NCBI GenBank assembly: GCA_038496445.1
Contig: JALMLS010000322.1
Coordinates: forward strand, 434,001-498,000
DNA from: Trichosphaerium sp. ATCC 40318
Lineage: Eukaryota; Protista; Tubulinea
Reading direction: 5' to 3'
DNA: 64,000 nt
The notes beneath the pieces are model-generated. The model had not been told where the DNA came from. It did no database searches and worked only from the letters and a program-made list of their open reading frames with translations. Positions 51,105-63,795 of the stretch are shown here, piece after piece; position 1 is the stretch's first letter, and every line of letters starts with the position of its first letter. The position numbers and the translations under genes were made by a program.

Positions 51105-51399
51105 TAAACAACACCATATTTTCCAACTTTCGTTTTTGATAATATTGCAATGACCTGAATTTTCTCAATTGAAGTTGTGAATGAGCGTGGTGTTGTGTAA
51201 ACTAGTTGAAGATATTAGCAGCAGTGCTTTATTGTAAGTTTACAACCTAATGGTATTAATGCCGGCCAATAATAAAGCTTCATCTTATTCCTTTACCTGT
51301 GAAAGTGTAATGGCATGAACGCCAGCTCTCAGTAAATTGATCATAGATACAACATATTTGTAACAATCAGTTGACAGACGGACTGTGCGATGTACAAGC

Positions 51400-51404
51400 A
51401 AAAA
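51400..51404 (-). terminator. Pol III oligo-T terminator of tRNA-Cys
   Basis: T5 on the minus strand 5 nt after the discriminator. Confidence 0.65.
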
Positions 51405-51409
51405 CCGCT

Positions 51410-51482
51410 AGGGTGCTCCGGGAATCGAACCCGGGTCCTGGCGCACTGCAACCGCCTGCGATTCCGTCTTCGCCAAACACCC
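51410..51482 (-). tRNA. tRNA-Cys(GCA) with G31:G39 mismatch
   Basis: Minus strand reads GGGTGTT-TG-GCGA-AGACGGAA-TCGC-A-GGCGG-TTGCAGT-GCGCC-AGGAC-CCGGG-TTCGATT-CCCGG-AGCACCC-T. U73 discriminator is typical of Cys. Confidence 0.85.
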
Positions 51483-51811
51483 GACTTAAGTATATCGCTC
51501 AAGATGATATTGTCAATGTTATCTATACGGGCTGGTATTTCAGTCAATAGCTCACAGGAGGATCAAAAACAAACATAACAAACTATGACAACAGAATACA
51601 GGATATGAATGAGTTTGTTCAGGCAATTATGCGTGTGACTTTAGTTGTCTTTGTCAAAAGAAAGTAACAGTACAACAACAACTTTAAATTTATGATGTAG
51701 GATGTATCCTATCTATAATTATGCCACAATACCTTTTTGTGTAACTCAAGTATCAACAACGGGTGAACACCACCAAGAGCACACTTGAGACCACTTTACA
51801 AAACAAAGAAA

Positions 51812-53276
51812 TCAGGTTCCTTTTGTGTAATAAAGGTTTGCTCCATCACCCATCCGAACAATTTTAGTTTGCCAAACTTTTTCACCATTCCAATTCACCA
51901 TCTCAAAACATCTGGGTTTTTCCTTCATGTAGGGATGACCCTTTGATTTCACAATTAATATACCATGAAAAGAGCGAACATCAACACCAATAGAATGAGA
52001 ATCCCTCCAGCGATTACCTAAAGCAGATGTGTATGTCCATTTCTTTTTTCCATCACTATCGACCAAACATACCACTGCTGCCTTAGCACCAAAACAACCA
52101 GAATACGTAAGTATGTTTCCACCTTCAAGCAATAGAATGCTAGTCGTGTGGTATTGCATTCTCAATTTCCATTCAAGCCTTAACACCATTGTTTTAAGTG
52201 AGAAACAATAAAGTACATCAGAAGCGAAGTACACTTTATCATTTAAACACTCAAAACCAGTGCACTTGTTGGGTACATTCAAAATAATCTCTCTTGATTT
52301 GATGTCATAGATTGTGGTAGTTCTGTGGGTATAACCAATTGCTCCTGATATAGCTATAAGGTTCTCACTAGCAAAGAGCCGTAAATCACCCATTGTTGGT
52401 ATATCTTTGTTTGATAAGATATTGCCTTGGAAAAGCCTTAGCCATTTAGTTTAATAATAATAAGTTTTACCTGTAGATAAACTCAAGTAAACCAGTTTAC
52501 AAACAGAAGAGTTATTGTTTCCATTCTTAGCAAGGCAAAACAGAATATCCTTGCTGTAAGCCAGCCAAGAGTACATGAGATACATTGTTGTACTCCATTT
52601 TGCCTGACCAGTTTTTTCATCAATGCCGATTATTTTGTTTGTACTTGCCACTACGAGAACATCACTGGTAAATAAATGCGTTACGTAGTTTGGGAGATGG
52701 TAATGAGAAGGCCACAAGTGGTTACCGTCATATGTTTGGAGCATCAAGTGAGTGTCAGAACGATCATCTTTTGGTGTGAAGGAAACAAATCGTGGTTGAC
52801 ATCGTGACCCAAATAGAGGTTTGATTTCTTTTGAACCAGTATATTGATACCCCGTGGTGATATTAAATTTAAAGTTGTACTCCTCTAAGCAAATGGGTGC
52901 CTGTAACGAAACGAAGTTAAACAAGAAAACTTTACTGTTTTTCTCTGCAAACGGAGAAACTATGAGCACGTGGGCTAATTTTTTTTTATCAACGCACGTT
53001 TTGTTTGTACTCAATAAATGAAGCGAAATAAACTACATCTTTCCATGAAGAAGTGTTCAGTATATCGACAGGCCAACGGCTCTTCGGACCCCAATGAAGC
53101 GTATTTTGCCATTTCTTTTTAAAAAGATACCACAAAGTCTTGTAGTTTCGTAGTAATGATGAAATGGCAAGGTTTGTACTTGATAAATACAATATCGTTT
53201 GAAAACTCTCACATGCACCACAGACCATATACAGAGTATCAATTGCGCAAAGAACAGCGTCTACAGGGGTAGACAT
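51812..53276 (-). CDS. F-box-like N-terminus plus PQQ/BamB-like beta-propeller protein (spliced)
   Basis: Three consecutive ORFs. Helical N-terminus followed by ...LWYLFKKKW...SWKDV, then repeated xDxxTGxxKW blades (GIDEKTGQAKWS, VDSDGKKKWT, VNWNGEKVWQ). Confidence 0.55.
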
Positions 53277-53682
53277 GTGTATAAGATTGTTGCCACTATT
53301 GTGTATTTCGGTCAAGATTGTGTCATTTGTAGTGAAAACTCACAGAAAATTCGTCTTAATGGCCTATGGCTTTAAACAAAGCTTCAAAACACAAGCCAAT
53401 ACTGCCACACATAAACGGCTTACAGAGTGGAACCTGTTCAGTTGTAGCCGAAAAAGACCGATAATGGATTTAAAAAAAGAAGAATAACTGTTACAGTTAT
53501 TCTGTAAAGTGAGCTGTAAGTTGACATCTGGTCTTATTTGCCACAATCGAAGGGCAAACCCAACAACTAGAAGCGAAATTATGAGCCGCAAAAATAAATG
53601 GAACTCTAATTTGAATTGCGTGGACTTTAACATCACGATACTAGAAATTCAATCTTTCACAGTGGCAGTATAAATTAATCAA

Positions 53683-55132
53683 ATGTACACAAGTGAGCGT
53701 AAAAGTATTGAGGTTGGTACAGAACTTATTGTATGTTAGTTACATTCCAGGGAGAAAGCAAAGCAACAAGAATAGTATCTGAGAAAACAATATCGCTGAT
53801 ACCACTTCTTAACAACCAACTATCCCTTTTAAACGACTCTCAGGAGTTCGTACTTGAATCTGGTATTACTCAAGTATCCCTGTTACAAGACGACTCAACA
53901 GAGCTTGTACTCAAACCTGGAGTAAATTTTAACGAAAAAGATGTGCTGAGTACGCTTTGTCGCTCAAAACAAGCTTACAGCAATTCTTATCATCAATTGC
54001 AGATATAATCGACATGATTGAATCGAAACGAACATTAGACAGCTTTACACCAACAGAGTTGAAGTCATCTTGTGCTGCAGCTGATTGGCTTGGATGTGAG
54101 GTGCATTTTAACCGATAAAAATAGTTTCATGTGGTAACGTGAATTTAAATAGGACATTTACAAGTCTTTTTTGTTGAGAAGAGCGATGAACGGTGATGTT
54201 GACTCTGAGTTATCATTGGGCTGTGCCAAGGTTGACATCAAGGACATTGATTACAGCCGCACTTCTGTTTTTGCTATGATGGATCACTGGCCTGTTCCTA
54301 AAATGCTTAACATTGTTGGTATGTGTGCAACCAAAGGTTTAACAACAAACCACTAACAGTTTTAAAGTCGAACTCTTCTGTTTCAAAGAAACAAAGCCAA
54401 CATCAACACTACTACGTGTTCTTCATAAAGCATCTCTATTGAAGCACTATAAGCAATATCCTAAGAAGTGCAGTATAATTGCTGAAAGAGCATTCGAAAT
54501 GGTTTATAATAGAAATACTGGAAGGATCAGATACGAATGGGCTACAAATAAAATGAAAAATATCTATTGTAATGTTATACAGGACAAATTTGCATATACT
54601 AAATTGGCAAACACTACAAGAAGAACGATTGTCAAGGTTATTTTTTATTTTGGTGAAGAATTTGTGAACAAGTTCTTTGATAAGGCGATTACTTTTGCAT
54701 TGACAGTAGAAACTAGCATCGTTTCAATGCGTGCAAAAGTATGCTTATCATTTATGACACAGCATAAAATAGCTTCAGGAACTATCTCCTTCTACTCTGG
54801 AAGACCATTACATCATGTGCAACAAACTTACTCAATCCTCTCAATGAATCTATCACAGTGATTTTGATTGTATCTCTCAGGGTAGAAGGAGATAATGTAA
54901 TAGTCCATCATGATAGCGATATAATTGTTTTTTATCACGTGATTTCAAATCGCCATTTTCAGAGCTTTTGTGTTTACTGACATCTTTAAAGGTTGAAGTT
55001 TGTGTTTATGCTGCCAAGGATGCTGGTGCAATTACTAATATTATGAAGCATGTATTTACTAAGAGAGAACTCGTTGCTTCTATACCGAACACATGCAAGT
55101 TCTTATCTACCTTAATAGTTGACCCTAACTGA
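53683..55132 (+). CDS. BTB/POZ (Skp1-like) domain-containing protein, spliced
   Basis: TISLIPLLNNQL... and LKSSCAAADWLGC resemble BTB/Skp1 helices (L..AADYL); multi-exon to ...LIVDPN*. Confidence 0.45.
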
Positions 55133-55690
55133 CCCACTACATTCATGTTACTATTCACTGTTGTGACTGTACAAACTATCTACAATAAACATGAGATGCC
55201 GCTTTTTAATACATTGTAACGGGAGCTGGTTGAACCAAGCCCATCACGTGCCACGAAAATTGCAAAAGGTTTTTCCATACTGATCACACCTTAAAAATCT
55301 AGTGGGTTTTAGAATTCTCATTCGAGTTTTCATTTTGATGTAATTTTCTTAAAGTACCGCTGCGTTCACATTGCACAATGTAAATACAGATTTTGGCAGT
55401 TCTTGCTGAACAACAATTTTTCTACCTTCTTCACTATAAGTAGCTTTCTTGGTGAAGAATCCCATTTTCAGTATTAATGGAGAAAAAGGTGTCTAGATCT
55501 TTATATTCTGAAAAAGTACCAACTACTCCCAAATCTCAAACGTACTCTGAGTGTTCTTGTTTTCTCACATGTGTATTATAGCCTGGTTTTACAATATGTA
55601 CGATTTTGCCTACAAAGTACTGCTTGTTAACATTTCAACATGTACAAATCTCGCTTCCTTATGCAGTATTAAGTTTCTACTACATACAGC

Positions 55691-56430
55691 ATGCACCTAC
55701 TGTCTCTAATCTTATTGGCTATTTTGACAGCAGTTCTAGTAGCCGCTCAAATTAGTACGTACTTGTAGTACAGTAGCAAGTTAAGGTAACAATTTACAAC
55801 AGCTGAAGGCGATACTGGCAATTGTCAGCTCTTTCTTCTACCTGATAATGTGGCCGTTTTTGGGCTGCTTGGGATGACTACAGGCCCCAACTTTCCAGAC
55901 TTTGTTGTACTTGACGCTGATTCGACAGACCCTGGTACTCCGGATGTTGAATATAATTTGAGAGTGGAGTCAGACTTGCAAAGAATAACCTTTACTATTG
56001 ATATTGATACTACAGGCATCAACATCAAGGTTGTGTTTGAAAATATCGAAAACAGCAGATTTGTAGCTACAAGATTAGCTTGTACTTTTGGTGCTGGTGG
56101 GGTAGAGGGTACAAAATAGCCGCTTTCTATAAGAACACCTTGACTGTTACTAACCCTTTCATTCATAGGATCAACTGTTGTATCACCAACTGATGGTACT
56201 GTATCTATTGCTATTCCTGCTCCGAACATGATTGAGTACGGGTTTTGTAATGACACTGTTCTGTTGTTTACAGGTTCTTTTTAAGGGTGGCAATACCTGA
56301 AATATCTAGTAGTGCTTTTTCAGAGTTTGATGTTGTAATCAAGTTTGCACTGGCACCTACTTGTATACCAGTTCCAGATAGTATTTTATCAAGTCGTAAA
56401 GCATTACTTCGAGGTTATACAAAACAATAA
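55691..56430 (+). CDS. Secreted variable-loop protein family, copy D
   Basis: MHLLSLILLAILTAVLVAAQI|..EGDTGNCQL...PDVEYNLRVESDLQRITFTIDIDTTGINIKVV...SSRKALLRGYTKQ*; 3 introns at the shared positions. Confidence 0.78.
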
Positions 56431-56628
56431 AAGTTGCTCTTTGAATTAGCAACCAAATTAAGCTCCGTCAACAAGCAAGGAATGAATACGATAGCAACCA
56501 GACAACGCCACCCACTCCGGCCGGAAACGTTTCTTTTTACCAATCTTTATTGTCTTTTTCAAAACAAAAGTTTCTTTGCACTCAACCTTGGATTGATAAA
56601 CCACATACTCACTCCAGGAGTGACTTGT

Positions 56629-56900
56629 TCAGGGTAGAAGGAGATAATGTAATAGTCCAGATGGCGATATTATTGTTTTTTATCATGTGATTATCACATG
56701 ACAGAGCTTTTGTGTTTCCACCTTTTTAAAGGTTGAAGTTTGTGTTTATGCTGCCAAGGATGCTGGTGCAATTACTAATATTATGAAGCATGTATTTAAA
56801 GAAGGAACTAATTGCTTCTATACCGAAATACGTACAAATTCTTGCCTACCTTAGCTGACCGCAACTACATCTACGTTATTGTACGATTCTACAATAAACA
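56629..56900 (+). pseudogene. Duplicated 3' fragment of the 53683-55132 gene, carried with the D/E tandem duplication
   Basis: Matches 54877-55190 (ggttgaagtttgtgtttatgctgccaaggatgctggtgc...) but has indels and no upstream exons. Confidence 0.7.
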
Positions 56901-57906
56901 ACAGATACAGTATTCAGTACATTGATACAATGTGTACATTGTTGTGAACTGGCTAGCAACTACTACAGTTGATACTAAAGGAGGTTGGTGACTTAACATA
57001 AAGTCAACAACCTAGAGGTGTAAGCAACGGCTAGCTACGCAATGCCAATGTGCTCGAAATTTTTTGCTGCGACTATACTATCAATCAAGGGTCTCAGGCC
57101 TCGTGACCAAGCCAACAGAGGTCCTCCAATTGGTGCTATTGTTTGTACAAGCCAATGAAAGATAGAAGTTTAACGGTATACAAAGCAGTGACTATCATGG
57201 TAGTTTTAAATGGCACGTGATTAGTATTGTATTGCACTTTTTGACTGTTGGTTTTCGAGTTTTGTCAGATCTGCCAGTTCTATAAATTCTGTTAGTTAGT
57301 ACAAGATCTGACAATTTGCTAGAAATAGCAGATCCAACTTTTGAAAAATGAACCACCATGAGTGGATTTAGAATTCTCATTAGGGGTTTCATGTTTATAC
57401 TCCTCTCGCCACTACAATTGTGCCACACTAGCATGTGGAGGCGGTCCAATAAATAATTTGTATTCGCTCCCAAATTGTCTAGTTCGCTCCTTTGGGCTCT
57501 TTTGTGGTGAAGTATTTACAAGCGCACAGTAAAGTACTTCAATCCGGAGTTTGTAATTTTTCTTAAAGTACCGCTGCGTTCACATTGCACAATGTAAATA
57601 CAGATTTTGGCAGTTCTTGCTGAACAACTATTTTTCTACCTTCTTCACGAAGTTGCTTCCTTGTAAAGAATCGCATTTTCGGTATTAACGGAGAAAAAGG
57701 TGTCTAGATCTTTCTTTTCTGAAAAACTACCAACTACTCCCAAATCTCAAACGTACTCTGAGTGTTCTTGTTTTCTCACAGGTGTATCATAGCCTGGTTT
57801 TACAATATACGATATTGTCTACAAAGTACTGCTTGAAGTTTTACATTTCAATCTGTACAAATCTCCCTTCCTTATGCAAATAGTAAGCTTCTTACTACTA
57901 CAAAGC

Positions 57907-58646
57907 ATGCACCTCCTACCTTTGCTTTTATTGGGTATTTTGACAGCGATTCCAGTTGGCGGTCAAGTTAGTACGTGCTTGTTTTACATTTGCAATAATT
58001 AAAACCTAATAATGTACTACAGCTGAAGGAGATAATGGCGATTGTCAACTCTTTGTTCTAGATAATAATCAGCCTATTTTTGGGGCGTTTGGGACAACTA
58101 CAGGCCCAAACTTTCCAGACTTTGTTGTACTTGACGCTGATTCGACAGACCCTGGTACTCCGGATGTTGAGTATACTTTTATAGTAGAGACTCCACCACT
58201 TGGAAGCCTAACCTTCACTATTGATATTGATACTACAGGCATCAACATCAAGATTGTTTTTGAAAATAACGGATTGGTATCTACAAGATTAGCTTGTACT
58301 TTTGGTGCTGGCGTGGTAGAGGGTCAGCTGCTCTTCAAAAGAATAACTCGACTGTTACTAACCCTTTCATTCATAGGATCAACTATTGTATCACCAACTG
58401 ATGGTACTGTATCTATTGCTATTCCTGCTCCGAACATGATTGAGTACGAGTTTGTAATAACACCGTTCTGTTGTTTACAAGTTCTTTTTAAGGGTGATAA
58501 TACCTGAAATACCAGTTAGTCCTTCTTTAGAATTTGAAGCTGTAATCACCTTTCCGCTGGCACCTGATCCAAACACTTGTATACCAGTTCCAGATAGTAT
58601 TTCATCAAGTCGTAAAGCATTACTTCGAGGTTATAAAAAACAATAA
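57907..58646 (+). CDS. Secreted variable-loop protein family, copy E
   Basis: MHLLPLLLLGILTAIPVGGQV|..EGDNGDCQL...PDVEYTFIVETPPLGSLTFTIDIDTTGINIKIV...SSRKALLRGYKKQ*; about 350 bp of upstream sequence is shared with copy D. Confidence 0.78.
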
Positions 58647-58996
58647 AAGAAACTCTTTGAATTTTTTCTTATAGCTAGCAATGTACATTTCAGGCGTTTT
58701 AAACAAGAGGACCAACCAAATAGACCTCCATCAGCAAGCAAACAACACCTTCGATAGCAACTAGATAACAACCACCCTCTCCGCCAGTTTCTTGTTAACT
58801 GTCTTCATGGTAAACAAACTGCATATGCTCACTCTGAGCAAAAATCACGTGCCGCTCCTGGCTATTTAATGTATGTTACAAAGCTTTTGGGAACCTTCCT
58901 ACGCTACAAAACAAATATGTACACAACGCTTTTGACTATCAAAGCTAAAAACTGCTGGTTTTCAAAAAGAGCACATAAACACGAATTCCGAACAAC

Positions 58997-59652
58997 ATGT
59001 TGGCTTTTAGTGAAGCTACAGGTTAACAAACCATATTTTTGCGTAAATAACGATGTTTTAGAGGCTCAAGTACAAGAATTAGTTACAATGCTCAATAAAG
59101 CGTATGCGTACGAGACATTCAAAAAGGTGAAGAGAACTGACACTACAGAGTTGAGCGAACTTGTTAAACAAAAAAAGATAATAGTAGCATTAAACGAAGG
59201 TTTGACGTCTTTTTTCGCCATCTACCTAACGTTTAAATAGCAAAAGAGCTAATAGGATGCGTAAAAGTAGACATAAACAAAGATTCAATGGAATTTGGTA
59301 CAAACTCTTTGTTTTCTATCTTACTATACCCTCACGCTCTTACTTACGCGTAAAATAGGCATGTTAGCCGTCAAAGCCGAATACCGCAAGAAAGGTGAGT
59401 AAAACGGAGAAATGAGTATTAAATGTCCTCTTAGGTTACGGAAAAGCGCTCATTCAAGAAGCAGAACGTAGAGCTACAGATTGTGAATGTAAATACAGCC
59501 AATGCACTGTAGCATGGAAGAACGAGCATCTATTTGCTTTTTACGAGAAGAATGGATACTCTAGAATGAAAGAAACATGTCCGTGGGACGATCCAGAAGG
59601 GAAAGTGCTAAATGAACCTGGTTTTTTTTATCTGTACAAAAAATCTTTGTAG
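58997..59652 (+). CDS. GNAT-family N-acetyltransferase
   Basis: LVTMLNKAYAYE...LIGCVKV...FGMLAVKAEYRKKGYGKALIQEAE (motif A, RxxGxG)...NEHLFAFYEKNGY (motif B). Confidence 0.85.
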
Positions 59653-60189
59653 TTTGTATTGTTGTTTCATGAAATCATAGAGACGAAAAAGCATCATAAA
59701 AAACCACAAGTGTAGTAATGAGATCAAGCATAAAGTTCATTGGGTTTTTACTTGAACGAATTAGTTCGAAAAAAGTGAGACCTGAAACGTTGTATGTCAA
59801 ACCTTCACGTGTAACAGATGGTCGATATTGTGTACTCTTGCCAAAGCTGCCTGTTACTGAACAACCCATCAAATTGATAGGTGTGTACACCAGCCAACGC
59901 TTTCAGCCTTAGTTACATAGGCGTTGGTTTTGCGCAGTAGCGCAGTTAAGTTAATCAGGACTTTTCTCAAAGCGTAATTGCTGGTGCCCAGTTTACAAAA
60001 ACCAAACACTGATCATTTTAAACAATACAATTTTTTTAACCAATTTACAACAGTACAAGCAATTAAAATGATATCCTTCTGAAACCCCTCCATCAAAAAC
60101 ACCCCAACAAAGAAAAAAAACCCAAAAAAACCCAAAAGAAAAGTTGTAATCCACTCTCTTCTTGCTTTTTTCTTTTCCTTTTTTGTTTT

Positions 60190-63056
60190 TCACTTATCAA
60201 CTTCTAAATGTATAACAAGATCATGTTCTCTGCCATCATTTGGTGCTCTGTTAAAGTAAGTGACATTTGTAGTGTAAGTATGCCATTTCTTAGCATCTCT
60301 ATCAATATCATTTCTAAATCCAATTGTAACAGGATTTGGCGGTGATTTAAGACCATTAACTTCAAATTGGACCTTGTATGGTATGCGTAGGATGTGTACA
60401 GATATTCTAGGTGAAAAGTGTACCCAAACTCTTACTTTTCCGTTCTCAGCTTTTTCTTGATGTATACGCCTAAGGATGCATGTTAGAATGCTTTCCATAC
60501 GTTAAGGACAACATGGTAACGGTATACTACAAATATAAAATATGCAGGCAGTCATATAATGTTACGAAATTGAAAAGAAAAATTAAGAATAAAATGAGAA
60601 AAACTTTACAGCTTTGAAAAAAAAAAAAAAAAGGACGGAGACATACCACATAAGCCCGGCTACATATATTTTGTGCGTTTTATAATTAAAAGGAACCTTC
60701 AATGTAACACATTGAGTCTTTCCTTTTGGCTTGGCTAAATTAGTAGCAAATCTGAACCTAAACGAAAAAATCAGCTGACGAATGGTGTTAAATGTCGTTT
60801 TAGCTCTAAAAGACTAACCAAGTTTGGTGTGCGAATATATCTGTCATTGTGTTTTGATTAGTAGCCAAATCAGCGAAAACAAGTGCGCTTAATTTGTGAA
60901 CATCAATATATGTATCATGTTCCAGTAAGTGACCCCAAAATGGGACCCACCTATGTCTGTTAACATCAAACCACAAGATGATTGTAACAGAGCTTATGCA
61001 CTTACCAGTGCTTCCCAGGGTCGCTATTTTTCCATAAATAACATGCAAAAGCACAAGGAAGATAGACTTCTATTTCCTCAGCAAGATCCTGATAGTTACC
61101 CATACCTAAAACAAAAACGTAAACAAAGGAAATAACCAACCATCCCAAAAAAAAATAATCCAATTTCACAACTTCATCGCTTGTCAAATACGAATTACAT
61201 GGTGCCACATAGAGTCAATCAATTGTAGAAAAAAATAAAAAAGCAATCAATCTTTTGGGCACAAGCGAGAATGAATAAACAGAAGAAAAATACAAGCTTA
61301 ATACTATTAATAAACGCACGTGCTAAGATCCAAATATCAGCAGAAGAGTCTACATAAGGTGTATCACATCCCTCCAAATAATCTTTCCACATCATAACAA
61401 GTAGCTTTTTTGGTAGTATAACTCTATTCATACCCTTATTACCAGCAAGTACTAATGCACGAGTAGATTTTGCAAGTTTTATAAGTTGTTGAATGGCATG
61501 TGCATATAACGTGTCAGAGGTCTTTAATGGCTCCCATCCTAGTAATGTAATAACATCTTGAACTGTTTTGGCTTGTGTAATTGCTTCAGTGAGAAGTAAA
61601 TGTTGAAGACTACCTTGAAGAACCTACAAAACACAAAGTGAGTTCAACGCGCAAAAAATCAAAAAAAAAACAGTTTTCGAAAAAAACTCAGTGACACGCG
61701 ACAGTGTAAATTCTAAAAGAATATGAAATAACAAGTTTCATTATTTATCAACGCAAAGTAACAAGTTTTAAAAAAAATAGAGAAATGTCAAGGCAGAAAA
61801 ACAACGAAGAAAATAAAGTACAAAAAATAATAAAAAAACTGCGAACCTGTCCGAAGCGTTTAAAAACACCAGCGATAGTTTCCATAGATTGATTTGCAAC
61901 AAGACGCTTTAACCTTTTTTCAATATCTCTACTAGTCATAATATCCAAAAAAGCAATAGCAGAGTCAAGTGTCTCTCCTTCAATAAAGAAATAACGATAA
62001 ATAGGAGAGTGTGACTCTTTCATGCCACTAAGAAAAGCAACCCGAAAATAACTAAAATAACAAGTTAACGACAAATATATTAACATAAAAATATATGTCA
62101 ACGCCATAAATACTTTTCGACTTCTAAGTCGTGCAAGAAGTGAGAAAATCCAAAAAAAATTCCAAAATAACCAGAAACTTTGAAGGCGACTGCTGGCCTC
62201 AAAAACAATTTGTCGTAAATAAATAAGGTTCTCTTCACTAAGCGATTACTCAATACTAATGAATGAGGTAATCTTGTTGCTCAGATGCAATATCCACGAC
62301 AAGAAAATAAGAAACAACAAAAAAAGCCGAAAAAATCCGTTAATGTTTAAAAAAATGCCCGAAGCGCCGTTTTAGTTATTTTCTACCGTTAAATCTTTTT
62401 TCTTCGTACCCACAACTTTGTCCTAGTAATATCCTTGAAGAACGCGTCTTACCAACAGGTTCAGCATCAACATCCGATTGAAACAGGAAAATCGTCAAGT
62501 CGCATAGTTTTTCCAGGTTTAAATCTATTATACAAGGTAATGGCCTCAGGGGTATATCATATTTCAATAATTCAGCATCAGTAATATCGCTCACGCGACG
62601 TTCGAGGTGTGTCCTTGTTTTAGTCAGTTTAGAGATACTAAGGTGATGATTTGACGATGCGCGTGTTTAAAACGGGTATTGGCTGAATCAAAACTCATAA
62701 GAGTGCTGTACCTTTTATTTGGCCGGTCTAAAACCACTGTAGCCTTACGTTTGAGTGTATGTAGACGAACAGGAGTGGCTACATAAATGTTAACTTCGAA
62801 ATGTTGATTATAAGAGCCAATAATCCGGCTGCAGTATATAATTTGGCGTGTGCATTCACGGCATTAAAAATCGAATCAATTACTCGAGTGTATTCAAGTA
62901 CATACCCAAGGGAGACTCTATCTCTACTTCTGACGATTCACCTAGGTATGTACATGCTATTTCTTTATCGTTTTGAGTTGTAGGTTGTGGAGCAGCAGAT
63001 TCGGTTGTTTCAATTTGCCCGAGGTTACCTAGCCACTCAAACACCCTCGCGAACAT
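60190..63056 (-). CDS. BTB/POZ-domain protein with beta-rich C-terminal domain; start uncertain
   Basis: CDLTIF..., YPHSLVL..., YFRVAFLSGMKES (BTB hallmark YF...F.SGMKES); many exons to ...VIHLEVDK*. Confidence 0.6.
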
Positions 63057-63345
63057 GCGTGGTATGTCAGGGTTGGTTTAAATAGTTTTAAGCGAGTCAA
63101 CGGTAATAAAATACACCATTCTCCATTTACAACGCGCAAGTGTAAAGCATTGTAATCATTAGCCGAAATCGGAGTGGTTATACGCGGTGAACAATTCATA
63201 AAAATACTTTAATGTGCAGTTTGTATCATTTAGCCCATAAATACTACACATAACAACAGCGTCAAACGGACAGCAAGTACTAAAATTCAAGATGCTATTT
63301 TATTTGTTTCGCGTAGTCTTCAAATACTGTTTAACAAATACGCTT

Positions 63346-63795
63346 CTAGCACTCATAGTCCATTACTATTTTATCCTTTACCATACCAGTCTGAAGCTCT
63401 ACAAAAATACTTGAGCTCCTTCGATGTAGCGAGTTTGCGTACCTTTGACTTTAACATGCTCTGGGTGTATCAAATACTACGAAACAAGCGTCACGTGACG
63501 AAGGAGAAAATTATGATGAAAAAGGACTTCAAAAAAAAGCGAAACAATTTTTAGTCTAGGAGAAAGAGTGTACAGCTTTGAGATCCTCTTGTGTCTTGAA
63601 TGTCACCACAACAATGTAGTTCAAGTTCTTGGCTCTGTTATCTGGTAAATGCTGGTTCTTAGCCCACTCCCATGATACTACAAGGTCAGGCATTCTTTTT
63701 TTGAGGCAAACTTCTGTCTCGAAGTGTTTTTTTAGTTTCTCATCGTTGAGGTGATCTGCACCAAATTCAAGCATTACAACGTGTTTCCATACCAT
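63346..63795 (-). CDS. Stress-responsive A/B barrel (Dabb) domain protein
   Basis: KHVVMLEF...NYIVVVTFKTQEDLKAYLIHPEHVKVKE...KDKIVMDYEC* after removing two introns. Confidence 0.85.

Noticed and set aside
35757-58646. Diversity-generating retroelement or recombinase as the cause of loop variation
   Set aside because: There is no reverse transcriptase, recombinase or template repeat in the window, and the loop changes include length changes and are not adenine-specific.
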